Under the pieces are notes generated by a model. It saw only the letters and a list, made by a program, of their open reading frames with translations, made no database searches and was not told where the DNA came from. From positions 411,794-475,793 of the forward strand of contig NW_018408786.1 of the NCBI RefSeq assembly GCF_002113885.1: DNA of 64,000 bases, written 5' to 3'. Below, one piece after another: positions 25,410 through 39,335 of the stretch. The DNA comes from Mizuhopecten yessoensis. Lineage: Eukaryota. Position numbers and translations under genes: made by a program. Every line of letters begins with the position of its first letter. Position 1 is the stretch's first letter.

Positions 25410-26100
25410 CCAATTTCACCATTTTCATCTCTATAAATGCAGACACTGACATGCCAATGTTTTCCCCTTTGGCCAAACCAGTCTGTCTGCTTCTCTCTAT
25501 ATCTCATTGGTAGAAACTTCATAGCCCAGTCCATCACCAAAACTCAAAGCGCTTTAAATTCTCCAGCTTTTGTATTCTAAAACGATCCTGGTTAACGTTT
25601 CTTACAATATGAGCTTTCCAGTCATGGATTTTCTGTATTGCGTCCTGGTAGTTTTTGCCTGTATCTTCTTTAAAGTCATCATCTCCCATCTTGTCAATAT
25701 CTTTGAACACATCATTCTCAATGCCATGTAGAAGTTCACACCTATCACACACTAATGTATGAATGTGTTCACAGGGACATTGAAAATGACAGTTTTCAGG
25801 GTCACTCAAAAGCCACTGAAGACAATGATCAGCAAACAGACATTCTTTCTCCAAATGTAGTTTATAGTCTGAATTCACTGGACAAAAATGATGTCAGTAT
25901 ACATCATTTTTGCTGTGTACAAGATATAGAAACATAGTAAGATTTCTATGGTGATGGTCACTTTTGACAGAGGGTGTGTCCGTCAGTGACAGATGCTGGT
26001 CAGTACTACTTCTCCTTAAATACTATATAGATACTACTGGAACAGCCTCCCAACCTTCATCGCCGACAGTACAGACCTCTCAACACTGAAGGCAAATCTC
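25410..26100 (-). mobile_element. Frameshifted DDE transposase remnant (Sola3-like by recollection)
   Basis: SDYKLH..FADHC..LSD..CEHIHTLVCDRC..WKAHIVRNVNQD, then after a frameshift VLVMDWAMKFLPMRYREKQTDWFGQRGKHWHVSV. The superfamily label is unverified. Confidence 0.6.
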
Positions 26101-26426
26101 CTCTCTCACAAATTCTAAGCGTACATGTTGTTTTTATCATATAGTTCTAAAAAATAAAAATAAAAATACTTGTTTTTAACCGATCTCTCTGACGCCTCTA
26201 AATAATGTTCAGTATATTGAACGTTTTAGAGTATCCTGTTGAAGTTGAAGGTAGATCAGTATCACAATCTGCATTCTTCATCAGTTTGAAAGGTAGAGGT
26301 TAACCTGGGTGGTTTTTTTCAGAAACATTTTTGTGCAGAATGTCCCTTTAGACAAATCTATAGAAGTAACTGTAACTGATATGATAAAAGCGGATATAAA
26401 AAACCCAACAATAACAAAATAACACA

Positions 26427-27637
26427 AAACAAGCAATACATGTCCCCTACCGGCCCCCGCAATCTATTAAGATGCAACAGTGACCTCAACCTAGATCCGA
26501 GGACCTTGAAACTTGAACTTGTCCAATATATTGATTTTTTTTACAATAATGTGAAGTTTGACTAAAATCCATGAAAGAATGAGGCACTAGAGTGCTGACA
26601 AAGATTTTCTAAAATAGTAATAGTGACCTTGTCTTGCCCCGATTACCTTGAAATTGTCCAAGATATTTAAATTCTTTACAATAATGTGAAGTTTGATTAA
26701 AAACTAGGAAAGAATGAAGGCGCAAGAGTGCTGACAAACTTCTTCGGACAGACAGCGAGGAAAACTTTAGGTATTCTTGTTTTCTTCTCCCTCCCTGCCA
26801 CCCCCACCCAGTTTCACCGGTAAGGGAATAAAAATACTAAGAAATCTTATTTGTTGATTGTAAAGGTATCTTTACAAGTGTGTGAAGTTTGATAAACAGG
26901 CAAGGAAGAATGTTAAATAAAATTTTCTATTTATAGTAACTGTGACCTTGACCATTTGACCTTAAAACTCGAACCTGTCCAACTCAAACTTGTCGAAGAT
27001 ATTTTAATTCTTTATGAGTGTGTGCAGTTTGATTAAAATCCATGAAAGAATGAAGACACTAGAGTGCTGACAAAGATTTTCTATTTATAGTAACAGTGAC
27101 CTTGACCTTGATCCGATGACCTTGAAACTCGAACTTGTCAAAGATATTTTAATTCTTTATGAGTGTGTGAAGTTTGATTAAAATCCAAGAAAGAATGAAG
27201 ACGCTAGAGTGCTGACAAAGATTTTCTATTTATAGTAATAGTGACCTTGACCTTGATCCGATGACCTTGAAACTCGAACTTGTCGAAGATATTTTAATTC
27301 TTTATGACTGTGTGAAGTTTGATTAAAAACCAAGAAAGAATGAAGACGCTAGAGTGCTGACAAAGTTTTTCTATTTATAGTAATAATGACATTGACCTTG
27401 ATCCGATGACCTTGAAACTCGAACTTGTTGAAGATATTTTAATTCTTTACATGTGTGTAAAGTTTGATTAAAATCCATGAAAGAATGAAGGCTCTAGAGT
27501 GCTGACAAACCTCTTCGGACAGACGGACAGACGGACAGACGGACAGACAGACAGACGGACATACAGACAGACGGACGGACGGACGGACAGACGGAGGGGA
27601 AAACTATAGTCCCCCCGGTTTCACCGGTAGGGGACTA
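26427..27637 (+). mobile_element. Non-autonomous Helentron/HINE (Pearl/DINE-1-like) element with 145-bp core repeats
   Basis: Exact subterminal inverted repeat gtcccctaccgg (26442-26453) / ccggtaggggac (27624-27635); 3' hairpin ccggt-ttc-accgg; (GACA/GACG)n at ~27517-27592; core units starting at 27096, 27241 and 27386. A decayed internal 3' end lies near 26745-26830. Confidence 0.85.
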
Positions 27638-29252
27638 AAAAGGACAATACATATAAATAGAATCATTCTTCGCTATACTTAAGCCCATTAGTCCCATAAC
27701 TCATATATCTTCATCGTGTCATTACACCATTATGTTCCTTTGTCGATACAATGACTTACAACAAGTTAAAAAAAATACAGAATAAAAAGATTTTCTGTTG
27801 GGATGATATAAATGCCAGTGTTAGTTTACAGTCTATTTGTGGATGAGGTGCTATACTGCAGTCGAGGTCACTTAACTTTAAATATTTACATAAATGATAC
27901 TTAAGTGTTTAGAGATCTCTATCAATATCACGTTACGCAAAAACATTCTTTCCGGAAACATACCGTTGGTGAGCTATGTTTAAATCACTAATTAAGGAAA
28001 TACTTAAATATGTACTTAACTACTCTGATGTCTGTAAGCCTATCTAACACACTATGGGAACATATCGTCTTTTAAACGCCCTTTAGTCCTTTAATGGAAA
28101 CAAATATTTCATTCCATGTTTAATCTAAATTAAAATCGGCTTGCGTGTGAAGTCAGTAAACTATGACACCATAGTGACAATCAAATCAATAAGAACGATT
28201 ACGTTAGATCGGTTAATACATGTACAAACACACACTGGTCCTCTGAGTCATACATTTACCGTACAGTGGAGTACATGTACAAGAACTGGGGTCAAAACGC
28301 TTTGAGGTAAATGCATCCATACTTGTAGAAAAGAACATAGAATCCCGTGGTGAACAATAAGTCTGCTTTGTAATTAACATTGGGAAGTTTTACGCCGACA
28401 GCTATGACATGTATGGACACATACATGTACTAAGATATGAACAAAATATACAGTTATATAACAAACCAGGTATGGCATAAACAAACCAGGTATGGCACAA
28501 TATTTTCTCACACACAAGATCATCAAAATGTGGGATAATATTATTTCTATCACTAGACATAGCCTTGAAGCTTTTAGAAAGAAATTTTGCAGATTTTAAA
28601 TAGATAATTTGATTTAATGTACACTGTGCGAATACGATTTTATACGTCATTGAATATGCCCCCCAACCCCCACCCCCACCCACCCAACCAAACTGTTACT
28701 CTCACAAATAAAGGGACCGACAACAATCAAATTTCTTAAACTAATGTTACATTTTGCAGCTTTTATATTTGCTATCATTAAAAACATATATGTAGTTTCT
28801 ATAGTTGAGTATTATAAAGTGATTTTAAATCTTTAATTGATAATTTACAGTAACGTAAAATACGAATTCTTCAAAGTTGTTTTGGGGCTGGGAAATATTT
28901 ATAGAAAAAAAATGTGTAAAGTAAGCGCCTAACTACATACATTCGAGTGTGTACAGTTCTACCTAAACTTCCTTATGTATGTCAACACCCCTTCAGGTCG
29001 GGGTTCGAGAAAAGAATACACCTGCTGTTACCCAATGCATGTATCGTAAGAGGCTACTAATGAGGAAACCCCCCAGCAGAATTGGGGATTTGCTTTTGTG
29101 CCCTCTATTTGGGGACACAAAATCGACCAAAGTAGATCTTCTGCACCCGTTGCAATATTTGGGATATCTTTTTTTCTCTCTACTTCTAACTACCTTTTAT
29201 TTCCTAGTGCCTTGCTTGGCAAGACTTCAGTTTTAGCTTTAATGTTGAACGT

Positions 29253-29630
29253 TCGCCCAGGTGAGGAAGGCATTGGGTTCTGTCCCCAGGCCGGGATATA
29301 CCAAAGTCCTTTCTAATGGTAATTGTTATTCCCTGCTTTAAGATAAGCATTTAGGGTGATGGTAACAACTGGCTCACCCGTTGTCAGTATAATGTGACCG
29401 GGCGGGATGCTGTGCTTGGTGCCTTCAGCATGGTATTTCAATAAGATAGCACAATAAAGTCGGAATTAGATCAGCTCTGTTACAAGGAGGCAAGTACACC
29501 AACATACCCAGACTCCGGCACACATACACACATACATGTACACACATGCACACGTACACAACACACATACAGACACGTTCTTAAATGACCTTAGCTGTTA
29601 ATAGGACGTAAAACCAAATAAAACCAAACC
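29253..29630 (+). mobile_element. SINE with a different (Meta/MESC-like) body and the same 3' tail as the 30425 family
   Basis: Degenerate B box gggttctgtccc, ataccaaagtc..aatggta core, (CA)n stretch, tail cttaaatgaccttagctgttaataggacgtaaaaccaaa. The domain name is from memory. Confidence 0.6.
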
Positions 29631-30424
29631 TTATGTCAAGTTCGCACTAAGAAGATACAGACATTCATTTGTGAAGTCAACGCCTATGATACATTGACAC
29701 CTATGTGCAAAGTCAACGCCAAGATAGTACAAACAAGAATACACAATCTTCCATTTATTTTGTGTAGCAGCGTTTATCATTTCTGTATTAATCGTATCAA
29801 TGAGTCCTGTGTCATTTAGTGAGTACACCCATGTCATATTTTTCTTTCTGCTCCACTGAACTTCAAGGGTGATCTTGGAAAGCGTGCTTTATGTAATAAC
29901 CGGGATCTTGAATTCGTGTCCATTACATGGATACGAATGATATAACCTGTTTATCTTCTGTTTGCTGACATTTCTTTGCTTGGATATTGTGAAACTATAC
30001 GTTTTGAGTCTTGAGTACAATGATAATCGTCGTGTACAAATATATATGAAACTAAATCAAGAAGTTGTTCCTTCCCCCACCCCCCACCCTACACGTCGTC
30101 TTAATATGTTCACGGGTTGACCTACATGCACCGCATTCAGATTTATGTGTAGGTGGGAAGGCGATGTTTATCAACGCTTTACAACGTTAGGTGACAACAC
30201 TCCACATGGAGCTTTCTGTAAGGATGTTCAATAACAGGCATGGTTCGTTAATTAATCTAATATGCATACTAACTATCTTGTTCATTCCTTATTTTTATTA
30301 TTATGTTTTTATGTTTCCGTACATAATCACACTAGATAGATGATAGGATGTGAAAAATCAGACCGTGTTAACGAGAATTCACGTATGACGTACAATCGGT
30401 ATTAATGATCACCGTCATTTAAAA

Positions 30425-30640
30425 GGGGGCCGTGGTGGTCGAGTGGTTAATGTGTCTGACCGTCTACGATCACTAACATTTGGTTGCGGGTTCAAGGCCT
30501 ACGCGGAGTAGTCGCCAAGTACTTGTCGCAGGTCAGTGGCTTTTCTCCGGGTACTCCGGTTTCCCCCCTCAAAATAAACATGGCACGTCCTTAAATGATG
30601 ACCATAGCGGTTAATAGGACGTAAAACAGAAACAAACCAA
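30425..30640 (+). mobile_element. tRNA-derived SINE with V-type central domain
   Basis: Pol III A box tggtcgagtgg, B box ggttcaaggcc, core ttttctccgggtactccggtttc, and tail cttaaatga..catagcggttaataggacgtaaaac(aaac)n. Confidence 0.8.
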
Positions 30641-30789
30641 TCCAAACATCATTAAAAATCCTCGGTATGAAAGTTGTCAGAGTTACAAGTTAAGCGCTGG
30701 TATTAACATTGTTGAAGGCCAATCTTCAAAGACAATATTGATGTGTTGGAGCGTTTTAATAGATCAACGGTTTTTGTATTAATACTTGC

Positions 30790-30940
30790 TTCTTCGATAC
30801 TCCGGGGGTTACGCTCACTTTCGCTCTCTGCACCCCTGGACTATGTCATAGCAAAATCGAAGGCACAAAGATTGCTGTTTGATTGATCTCAGGTAAAAAA
30901 AAAAACAACATGACCAATCGCTAGGCTGATACCTGTCCTG
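30790..30940. mobile_element. MITE, family B, one-ended fragment
   Basis: ggggttacgctcactttcgctctctgcacccctggactatgtcatagcaaaat plus adjacent interior sequence. Confidence 0.75.
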
Positions 30941-31264
30941 GATTAAAATGGAAACGATGCAAATCTTAAACTAGATGTGCATGTACAAATCTTTTAACAC
31001 TCAGTTAACGCATACACAAGTAACTCATTGTATGTGGCCTCATTATACATTCTAAAGTTTTTAATTTATTTGAGAACTCACTGTTTATGCAGAAGAAAGC
31101 TACCTTAGCGTGGCGGCAGCGACACACACAGGAAACTATTTAGTTTGGTCTAATTGTACATGCAAAAGTAACTATTTAGTGTAGCCTAATATTGCACACA
31201 CTCAAAATGCTAATTTAGCGTGGCCTTATTTTTTTCAATTTATCACTTTCTCGAGTGAAATGCT

Positions 31265-31313
31265 GATCACATCACGTGATCTGCATCTTCACCAATCAAC
31301 ACTGAGTATAAAA
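31265..31313 (+). promoter_or_regulatory. Possible plus-strand Pol II promoter cluster (E-box, CCAAT, TATA)
   Basis: tcacgtga (~31272), ccaat (~31292) and tataaaa (~31307) within 45 bp, upstream of the decayed coding-like block. Motif evidence only. Confidence 0.25.
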
Positions 31314-32214
31314 CTTCCTTGTCTGAAATAGGCTTCTTCTCGCATATATGGGTACATGATGTATGTTACAAGACACAATTTCAATTGTTTATCTACACAT
31401 ATGATCTAAAGTAACCACCTACATTACTGGATTTACATCTTGCATAACATTTTCATCTTTGTATTCTTTTTCATTTTATTTTTTTAAATCCTCTTGTCGT
31501 GTTTTATGTGTTCAAAAGACTCTCGACTCCTCCTACATTCCTTCCACTCTCACAATCAACAAAACAGTGGATATTATGGCGATAGCTGGTAGAACAATGG
31601 AAAACGATCAGAAGTATCCAACCAATACCTCGATTGACGATTGCCAAATTTACACCGTGTTCTTAGACCCTATGCTATTTAAACAGCACCCACTTATTTC
31701 TAAAATGCGGGACTTGTTCTTGAATGTGTTGTTGGTTTTTTCTCTTTTTTAGCCTGTCATCGTTATTCTGTTAAGAGGCGTTCCTGTACAGTTTCAGAAG
31801 AATACTGAGGTTAAATTTCACTTCCTGGTCGGTAAAAGTCTAGAGCAGCGTCGATAAAAATACAAGAAGAAAATACCGTGGGGAGTAAACTACACTATCA
31901 GAGTTCGTGTCTGTGACGTGTGGGAATCGATATATACCAGTATTGTTGTAATGCAAAAATTGGTGAAGGAAAAAAATAATGAAATATGAGAAAGATACAT
32001 GTGTATGTACTTTAGTATTGACGCTACGCTACGACAATACCTGATGAAAATATGAGGATAAAAATATTGGTATTTAAGTGTTAGCAATACCCTACCCAAA
32101 TGTCTGATTAAGTTTAAAATGTAACCACTAAGTCATATTTTGATTGTTTGTATGGAGTTTCACGTCTTTAAAACAGCTCAGGTCATATGAGCCTTATAGA
32201 GAAGTACGTATGTG

Positions 32215-34585
32215 AGCACAACGTCTGATAACGATAACATATGTAACTAAAACCTCCGATAAAGATTACATGTGTAACTACAACGTCTGATAAAGACTAC
32301 ATATGTTACTACAACGTCTGATAAAGATTACATGTGTAACCACAACGTCCGATAAAGATTACATATGTAACTACAACGTCCGATAAAGATTACATGTGTA
32401 ACTACAACGTCTGATAAAGATTACATGTGTAACTACAATGTCTGATAAAGATTACATGTGTAACCACAACGTCTGATAAAGATTACATATGTAACTACAA
32501 CTTCCGATAAAGATTACATATGTAACAACAACGTCTGATAAAGATTACATATGTAGCTACAACGTCTGATAAAGATTACATATGTAACTACAACGCCTGA
32601 TAAAGATTACATATGTAACTACAACGTCTGATAAAGATTACATGTGTAACCACAACGTCTGATAAAGATTACATTTGTAGCTACAACGTCTGATTAAGAT
32701 TACATATGTAGCTACAACGTCTGATAAAGATTACATGTGTAACTACAACGTCCGATAAAGATTACATATGTAGCTACAACGTCTGATTAAGATTACATGT
32801 GTAACTACAACACCTGATAGAGATTACATATGTAACCACAACGTCTGATAAAGATTACATTTGTAGCTACACCGTCTGATAAAGATTACATATGTAACTA
32901 CAACGTCTGATAAAGATAACATATGTAACTACAACGTCCGATAAAGATTACATGTGTAACTACAACACCTGATAGAGATTACATATGTAACCACAACGTC
33001 TGATAAAGATTGCATATGTAACTACAACGTCTGATTAAGATTACATATGCAGCTACAACGTCTGATGAAGATTACATATGTAACTACAACACATGATTAA
33101 CATTGCATATGTAGCTACAACGTCTGATGAAGATTACATATGTAACTACAACACCTGATAGAGATTACATATGTAACTACAACACCTGATAGAGATTACA
33201 TATGTAACTACAACACCTGATAGAGATTACAAATGTAACCACAACATCTGATAAAGATTACATGTGTAACTACAACGTCTGATAAAGAGTACATATGTAA
33301 CTACAACGTCTAATAAAGACTACATATGTAACTACAACGTCCGATAAAGATAACATATGTAACCACAACACATGGTAAAGATTACAAATCTAACTCAAAC
33401 GTCTGATAAAGATTATATATGTGACTACAACGGTTGATAAATATTACATATGTAACTACAACGTCTGATAAAGATTCCAAATCTAACTCAAACGTCTGAT
33501 AAAGATTACATATCTAACTCAAACGTCTGATAAAGATTACATACCTAACTACAACGGCTGATTAAGATTACATATGTAACTCAAACGTCTGATAAAGATT
33601 ACAAATCTAACTCAAACGTCTGATAAAGATTACATGTGTAACCCAAACGTCTGATTAAATATTACATATGTAACTACAACGTCTGATAAAGATTACATGT
33701 GTAACCACAACGTCTGATAAAGATTACATATGTAACTACAACGTCTGATAAAGATTACATATGTAATTACAACGTCTGATAAAGATTACATATGTAACTA
33801 CAACGTCTGATAAAGATTACATATGTAATTACAACGTCTGATAAAGATTACATATGTAATTACAACGTCTGATAAAGATTACATATGTAACCACAACACA
33901 TGGTAAATATTAACCACAACGTCTGATAAAAATTACATGTGTTACCCAAACATCTGATAAAGATTACATGTGTAACCCAAACGTTTGATAAAGATAGCAT
34001 ATGTAACCACAACACCGATCTCTCTGACGCCTCTAAATAATATAAAAATTACATGTGTTACCCAAACATCTGATAAAGATTACATGTGTAACCCAAACGT
34101 CTGATAAAGATAACATATGTAACCACAACGTCTGATAAAGATTACATATGTAACCACAACGTCTGATAAAGATTACATGTGTAACCCAAACGTCTGATAA
34201 AGATAACATATGTAACCACAACGTCTGATAAAGATTACATATGTAGCTGCAACGTCTGATAAAGATAACATATGTAGCTGCAACGTCTGAAAAGATTACA
34301 TATGTAACTACAGCGCCCTTTTAAAGATTACATATGAAATTTCGTTGCCTGATAAAGATTACATATGTAACTTCAACTTCTGATAGGGATTACATATGTA
34401 GCTACAACGTCTGATAAAGATTACATATGTAACTACAGCGCCCTTATAAAGATTACATATGAAACTTCGTTGCCTGATTAAGATTACATATGTAACTACA
34501 GCGCCCTTATAAAGATTACATATTTGACTACAATGTCTTGTCTGATAAAGATTACATATGTAACTACAACGTCTGATAAAGATAA
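32215..34585. repeat. 31-bp minisatellite, ~75 copies
   Basis: Unit gtaactacaacgtctgataaagattacatat, with no unique spacers. Confidence 0.97.
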
Positions 34586-35682
34586 AACGACGGAATAAAC
34601 AACGAAAAACACAACTGATACACCCGATTAAATTTTATTTTGAGCCGTGAACATAAACTTCCTTTTCAGAAAAATATATGCGAAGTCGTGTTCCCAAGTC
34701 TGATCTTTGAAAGCCGTTTATTCACCGGAAGTTGGCTGCTGTAGACAACTACCGAGGCATGTAAATGAGCCAAAGAGTAGGTCGTCGTTAGGAAAACAAA
34801 TTACATTAAATACCAAGAAAGTGGATCAGGTGTAACAGAGAGTTGTTTGACGTGTGTACGTGCAATGTATGTGCTGTGATGCATGTGGCGCAGATATCGC
34901 ATGCTATTAATTATATATCCTACAGACAATGACACCAGGTAAAGAGTGTCAAACGCTTCGGCGTATTTTATAACATTAACAAAAATACTAAATCGGGTTG
35001 TCGACGGCTCCATTCAAAACAACATCCTCTTTATAAACAAACATATCTTCTCAGGTCATCTTGTGTTCAGTTTTATAACAGAGGCCGAGAATCCCACTTT
35101 ACCTTAACTTGGTCTACGTAGCAGATCTTTAAATAACTTAATTGTAATATATTTTTTAAACAACTGAAACAGACCTGTTATATCTTTTATTCTATTGTTG
35201 TAAATTTTTTGCGCTCCTTTATTTTGTATATTCATTCGGAGTTATTTACATTCTTTGTACAGAGTTTTACGTTACTGATCAAACAAATAAATTACATTGA
35301 AAGATGAAGATAGTGTTGAAATGCGTAAAAAACTTAAATTTTTATTAATTTTCAAATTTTAGGAAATTACTAGTTCATTTCAAGTAAAATATTTAGTTAA
35401 AGATATTTATTATGAACCGTGCATTACACAAAAGAGATAAATGTAGCTATCAGTGTTACAGGCAAACCTCGGGGTTAACAGTCATGTGTAAATAATCTTC
35501 AGATTTAGGCTTGCCGTTAGCTTTTTGTTTTGGTTCAGGTACAACAAAACTGACCAATTGCTAGGTTGATAGGTGTTCGTTGAAGATTACGGAAGGGCTA
35601 CACCCGAACATTAAAGCCGGTCAATTTTAACGATGCGATACTGTGCGATACCTTTCATCCTAAAGAATCAGACAAGTATACA

Positions 35683-35845
35683 CGAAAAGGTATAGGGTTA
35701 CCTGCCCGACCATGGATGTGGGTTTTCTCCAGGTACTCTGGTTTCCTCCCACATTAAGACTCCGCGCGCCAACATCCGGGCCAACAAGAGTGATTAATTA
35801 ATAAAAGTTGAAATAACTTGTTTAGTAGTTGTTGTAAAATAAATA
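35683..35845 (+). mobile_element. 5'-truncated copy of the 43445 SINE family
   Basis: gaaaaggtatagggttacctgcccgac..gtgggttttctccaggtactctggtttcctcccac..gtgattaat is colinear with 43518-43670. Confidence 0.75.
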
Positions 35846-37717
35846 TAAAAGTGTACTAAAAAACAATCCGCAAGGTGGCGCGCATCGATCCCTCGATTTT
35901 GTCTGGACAAATAAAGGGTGAAGAGGACAAATACATACGGAAGGCGAGACCCTTTAGAACATGCAGGGTCTGGGACTTACACACTTAACTTTCGAAACCA
36001 TAACGATTTCGAGTCTCTGCGTGGAAGCAAAAGACCATCGTTAGATAATCGGCAAAAGAAACTATCTTTGCACTTTTTACTTAAATCAAAATCAAATTCA
36101 GAAAATAAAGCTTTATCACTTTTATTCCAACCAAATTGTAAAACTCGATTCGGAGGTAAACCAAACTGTATGCCGACTTTTGCTCTCAGCAATAAGTTTC
36201 TTTTGGAAAATGCCTAAATTTATGTCGGCACAATTGCATTTTTCGGAACAATTGATATTCTTTTCGGTGGCTTCTGAACTTGTCCGAAGTTTGACTTACT
36301 CTTGACGAGATAAGTAAATCTGATAATAAATCCGATGTAATCGTTCTCCGTTCCGAAGCTTCAGCTGAAATACCAGGACTTTCAATCATTTTATGCTGAA
36401 GGTTCATAAACAGATCATAAGGTCGCCACCACCATGGCTGTGAAAGTTGCTGCTATTTAATAATAGCTACCAAATGATGCATCAATATTCTCTGCAGAAG
36501 GCAATACTATACCTCGACCACACTTGAATACATATTAACCAATGGTGCACTGCAGGTAAGTATCTATTCGTTATTACATAATGCTGTATACCCGAACAGT
36601 TAAACTTTCGCCTTTTTCGCCCTCCGTCATGGGATACTATTCATAGAAGCTACATGTAAACAAATTCTTCCAGTGAAGGGCGAACATTTGTCTTGGCGAA
36701 AGTTTCCCGCCATTCAGTACTACCCAGAATGCTGTATTGTATTTTGTTGAATCCCTTAATATGATAGATAATTTACTACTAACAGGTAATTTTTAACTCC
36801 GTTTTACAGATTTTTAAACCACTTATAACAAAGTCTGAAATAGACCGATGACAAAGTAGTTAGAATCAATTACATTAATTCAAACCTTCAAACGGTGAGT
36901 GAGCAGTGGCTTAGCTTTTAAAGATGGCGCCGAGACGAGATTGCCAATATATTATGCCTTCATAATTATTGATACACGAGTACAAGCCCAATGCATAGCA
37001 TATCACAAACCATTTACAACACAGCACAATGTATTAGACTGTATTGATCTTCTGCGAAGACGAGCTCTGTTTCATTGTACGAGTAGTGCAACAAATTTTG
37101 AATCTCTTTATGAAAAAGTAAATAATATTCTAATCCACTTGAAAGCTATCTGTCTGTTCCAAAAGTGTAACTAACCATAGTCACCCACCTTTAATATTTG
37201 TTTTTTTATTTACGTTAGAATTATTGAGGTTTATTTTGTACATTTCGTTTTGTTTGATGTTAATTCCTATTTTCAGACATTAACCTTTTCTATTGCCAAT
37301 GGGCTGTAAAAATGTAATCATAATAATAATTGTCGGTTTTCCTCCGTTTCTAATCTAAGGCATGACTCAAGTATTAATGATTAAAGCTATTTACATGAAC
37401 TAATTATCTGTTTATATCATTAATGTGATAACGTCACAACCTCATTTTAAGGGGAAGAATCAGGCTTACAATGTGTCAAGGTGAAAGGTCAAGTAGAACA
37501 GAAGATGACGGATATACGATACGGGAAGGAGAAGAGGAAAGGATGGGTCGGGTACCAATAAATGGCCTAGGAGGTCAATGGAAGGGTTGAAGTAACAATC
37601 TAGTAGATATCCTGGGTAACGGGTGTAGAAAGGGTCTAGAACAACAGGTGAAGATCGACGGAATCAGGGAATTCAAGAGAAGACAAACGCTGTGTCCGAT
37701 CGGGTGCCCCAAGGTCA

Positions 37718-37979
37718 TCTTCTATACTCAAGGGGTTACGCTCACTTTCGCTCTCTGCACCCCTGGAATATGTCATAGCAAAATTGAAGGCTCGGTGTGG
37801 ATGAGACGAGACGACTAGTTTGAGCATTTGATGTCAATCAAAAGATTGACTTGCTTTGCTATCAAGCTCAGTGTTCCCCCTGAGACCAAACAAATAGCTA
37901 GCCGCGTGCCTTCAATTTTGCTATGACATATCCAGGGGTGCAGAGCGCGGAAGTGAGCGTAGTACTAGAGTATAGAGGA
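37718..37979. mobile_element. MITE, family B, copy with both TIRs
   Basis: TIR ttacgctcactttcgctctctgcacccctggaatatgtcatagcaaaattgaaggc and its reverse complement at ~37908-37961. Confidence 0.85.
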
Positions 37980-39335
37980 CTTACCAGGGTGGATCTAGTG
38001 TAGCATTGTAAATTGAAGTGTATATTGCAACATTAGTAAATTAAGTGTAGCAAGGGTCGCATATCGAGATAAATACTTAGCGGAAGGACCATAATGTTAC
38101 CAATATATTAGCTCAAATTAATGTCTGTGTATCGGCCATAGCGGTTTTTATATCTCTCGCGTTGATAGGAATGTGATCACGTGAATGTGGACACTAAACC
38201 GTTACCAGTCGACCAAGTTTGGAATGTTGTTGAGCGACTTTGGGCTAATTATATCGTAAAACTGCGATGATATCCTCTAATAAGGATATCAGACATTAAA
38301 TTTTATACCATTTGATTTGAATAAGGCCATGGAATAACCGTAATTAAATCTGTAACGTTAAAAACAAATCAGAAACGTAATATAATGCAAAAGCCCTCAT
38401 ACATGATTATATATATTTTCCCTCCTTACATTAAGTACTAAATATCCTGACATGATGGGCTAAAACTATAAATTAAGAAAAAAAAATGAAGACATATTTG
38501 TTTCTGGACATTGTGACAATTCTTTGCTGTACAAAGACATGGACGTTAAAAAAAGATGTGTCTCCTAAAATATTGTTTTCCTCACTGATGTCGACACTTT
38601 TTTCTGTTGTTCTTGAGAAAGACCATACCGGCAAATATGGTACTTACTTACTTACTTGTTTTAGCACTAGTTCAAGTTCTTTTTTACTGAAGTTTTACAA
38701 TTTATTGCAATTCTGACAGATAAGACAAAGACACTCACAAGGACACACTCACACTGACTCGCACACATCATCCTCATCATCAAGGACACTCTAACTAACT
38801 CGCACACATCCTCCTCCTCCTCCTCCTTCTCCTCATCGTCATCCTATCAGCAACAGCAGCAGCAATCATTCGTCATTCATCATACTCACATTCATACGCA
38901 CGCCAGAACATGTTTCACCCTCATTCACCCAGACAAGACTTATCAATATAATGGTATATTATAAAATTTGTATTCAATACACTGATATACAACATGTACC
39001 TTAACATGACCTGTTCTAGTGATGACCTCTTAATAAATCTGCTCTACGTTTAAACGTTAGTGATAAATACTTTCCTAAAATTATTAAGTTCTTTTGTGTT
39101 TTCGATTTTGAGTAATTGAACGGATTTAAACATGCTAGGCCTTTTGAAATTATATTGCCTTATGAATTTAGACCGGAGGTCTGAATAGCGATTACATTTA
39201 ATTATAAAATGAAATTCATCTTCTATATCATTTTCATTACATAAAATACAGTAGAAGTTCTTACCAATTCATATAACATACAATCAAACTTCCTAAACTA
39301 TAATAATTGTACTCACAGTGACCCTTGTCTTCAGC

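Noticed and set aside
30425-30500. tRNA genes here and at 43445 and 44650-44718
   Set aside because: A/B boxes are present but there is no complete cloverleaf, and each continues into a SINE core and tail.
32215-34585. 31-bp array as a CRISPR locus
   Set aside because: Units are head-to-tail with no unique spacers, there are no cas genes, and the context is eukaryotic.
36424-36460. Strong Kozak-like gccaccaccATGg
   Set aside because: The frame closes after 8 codons, with no donor before the stop.
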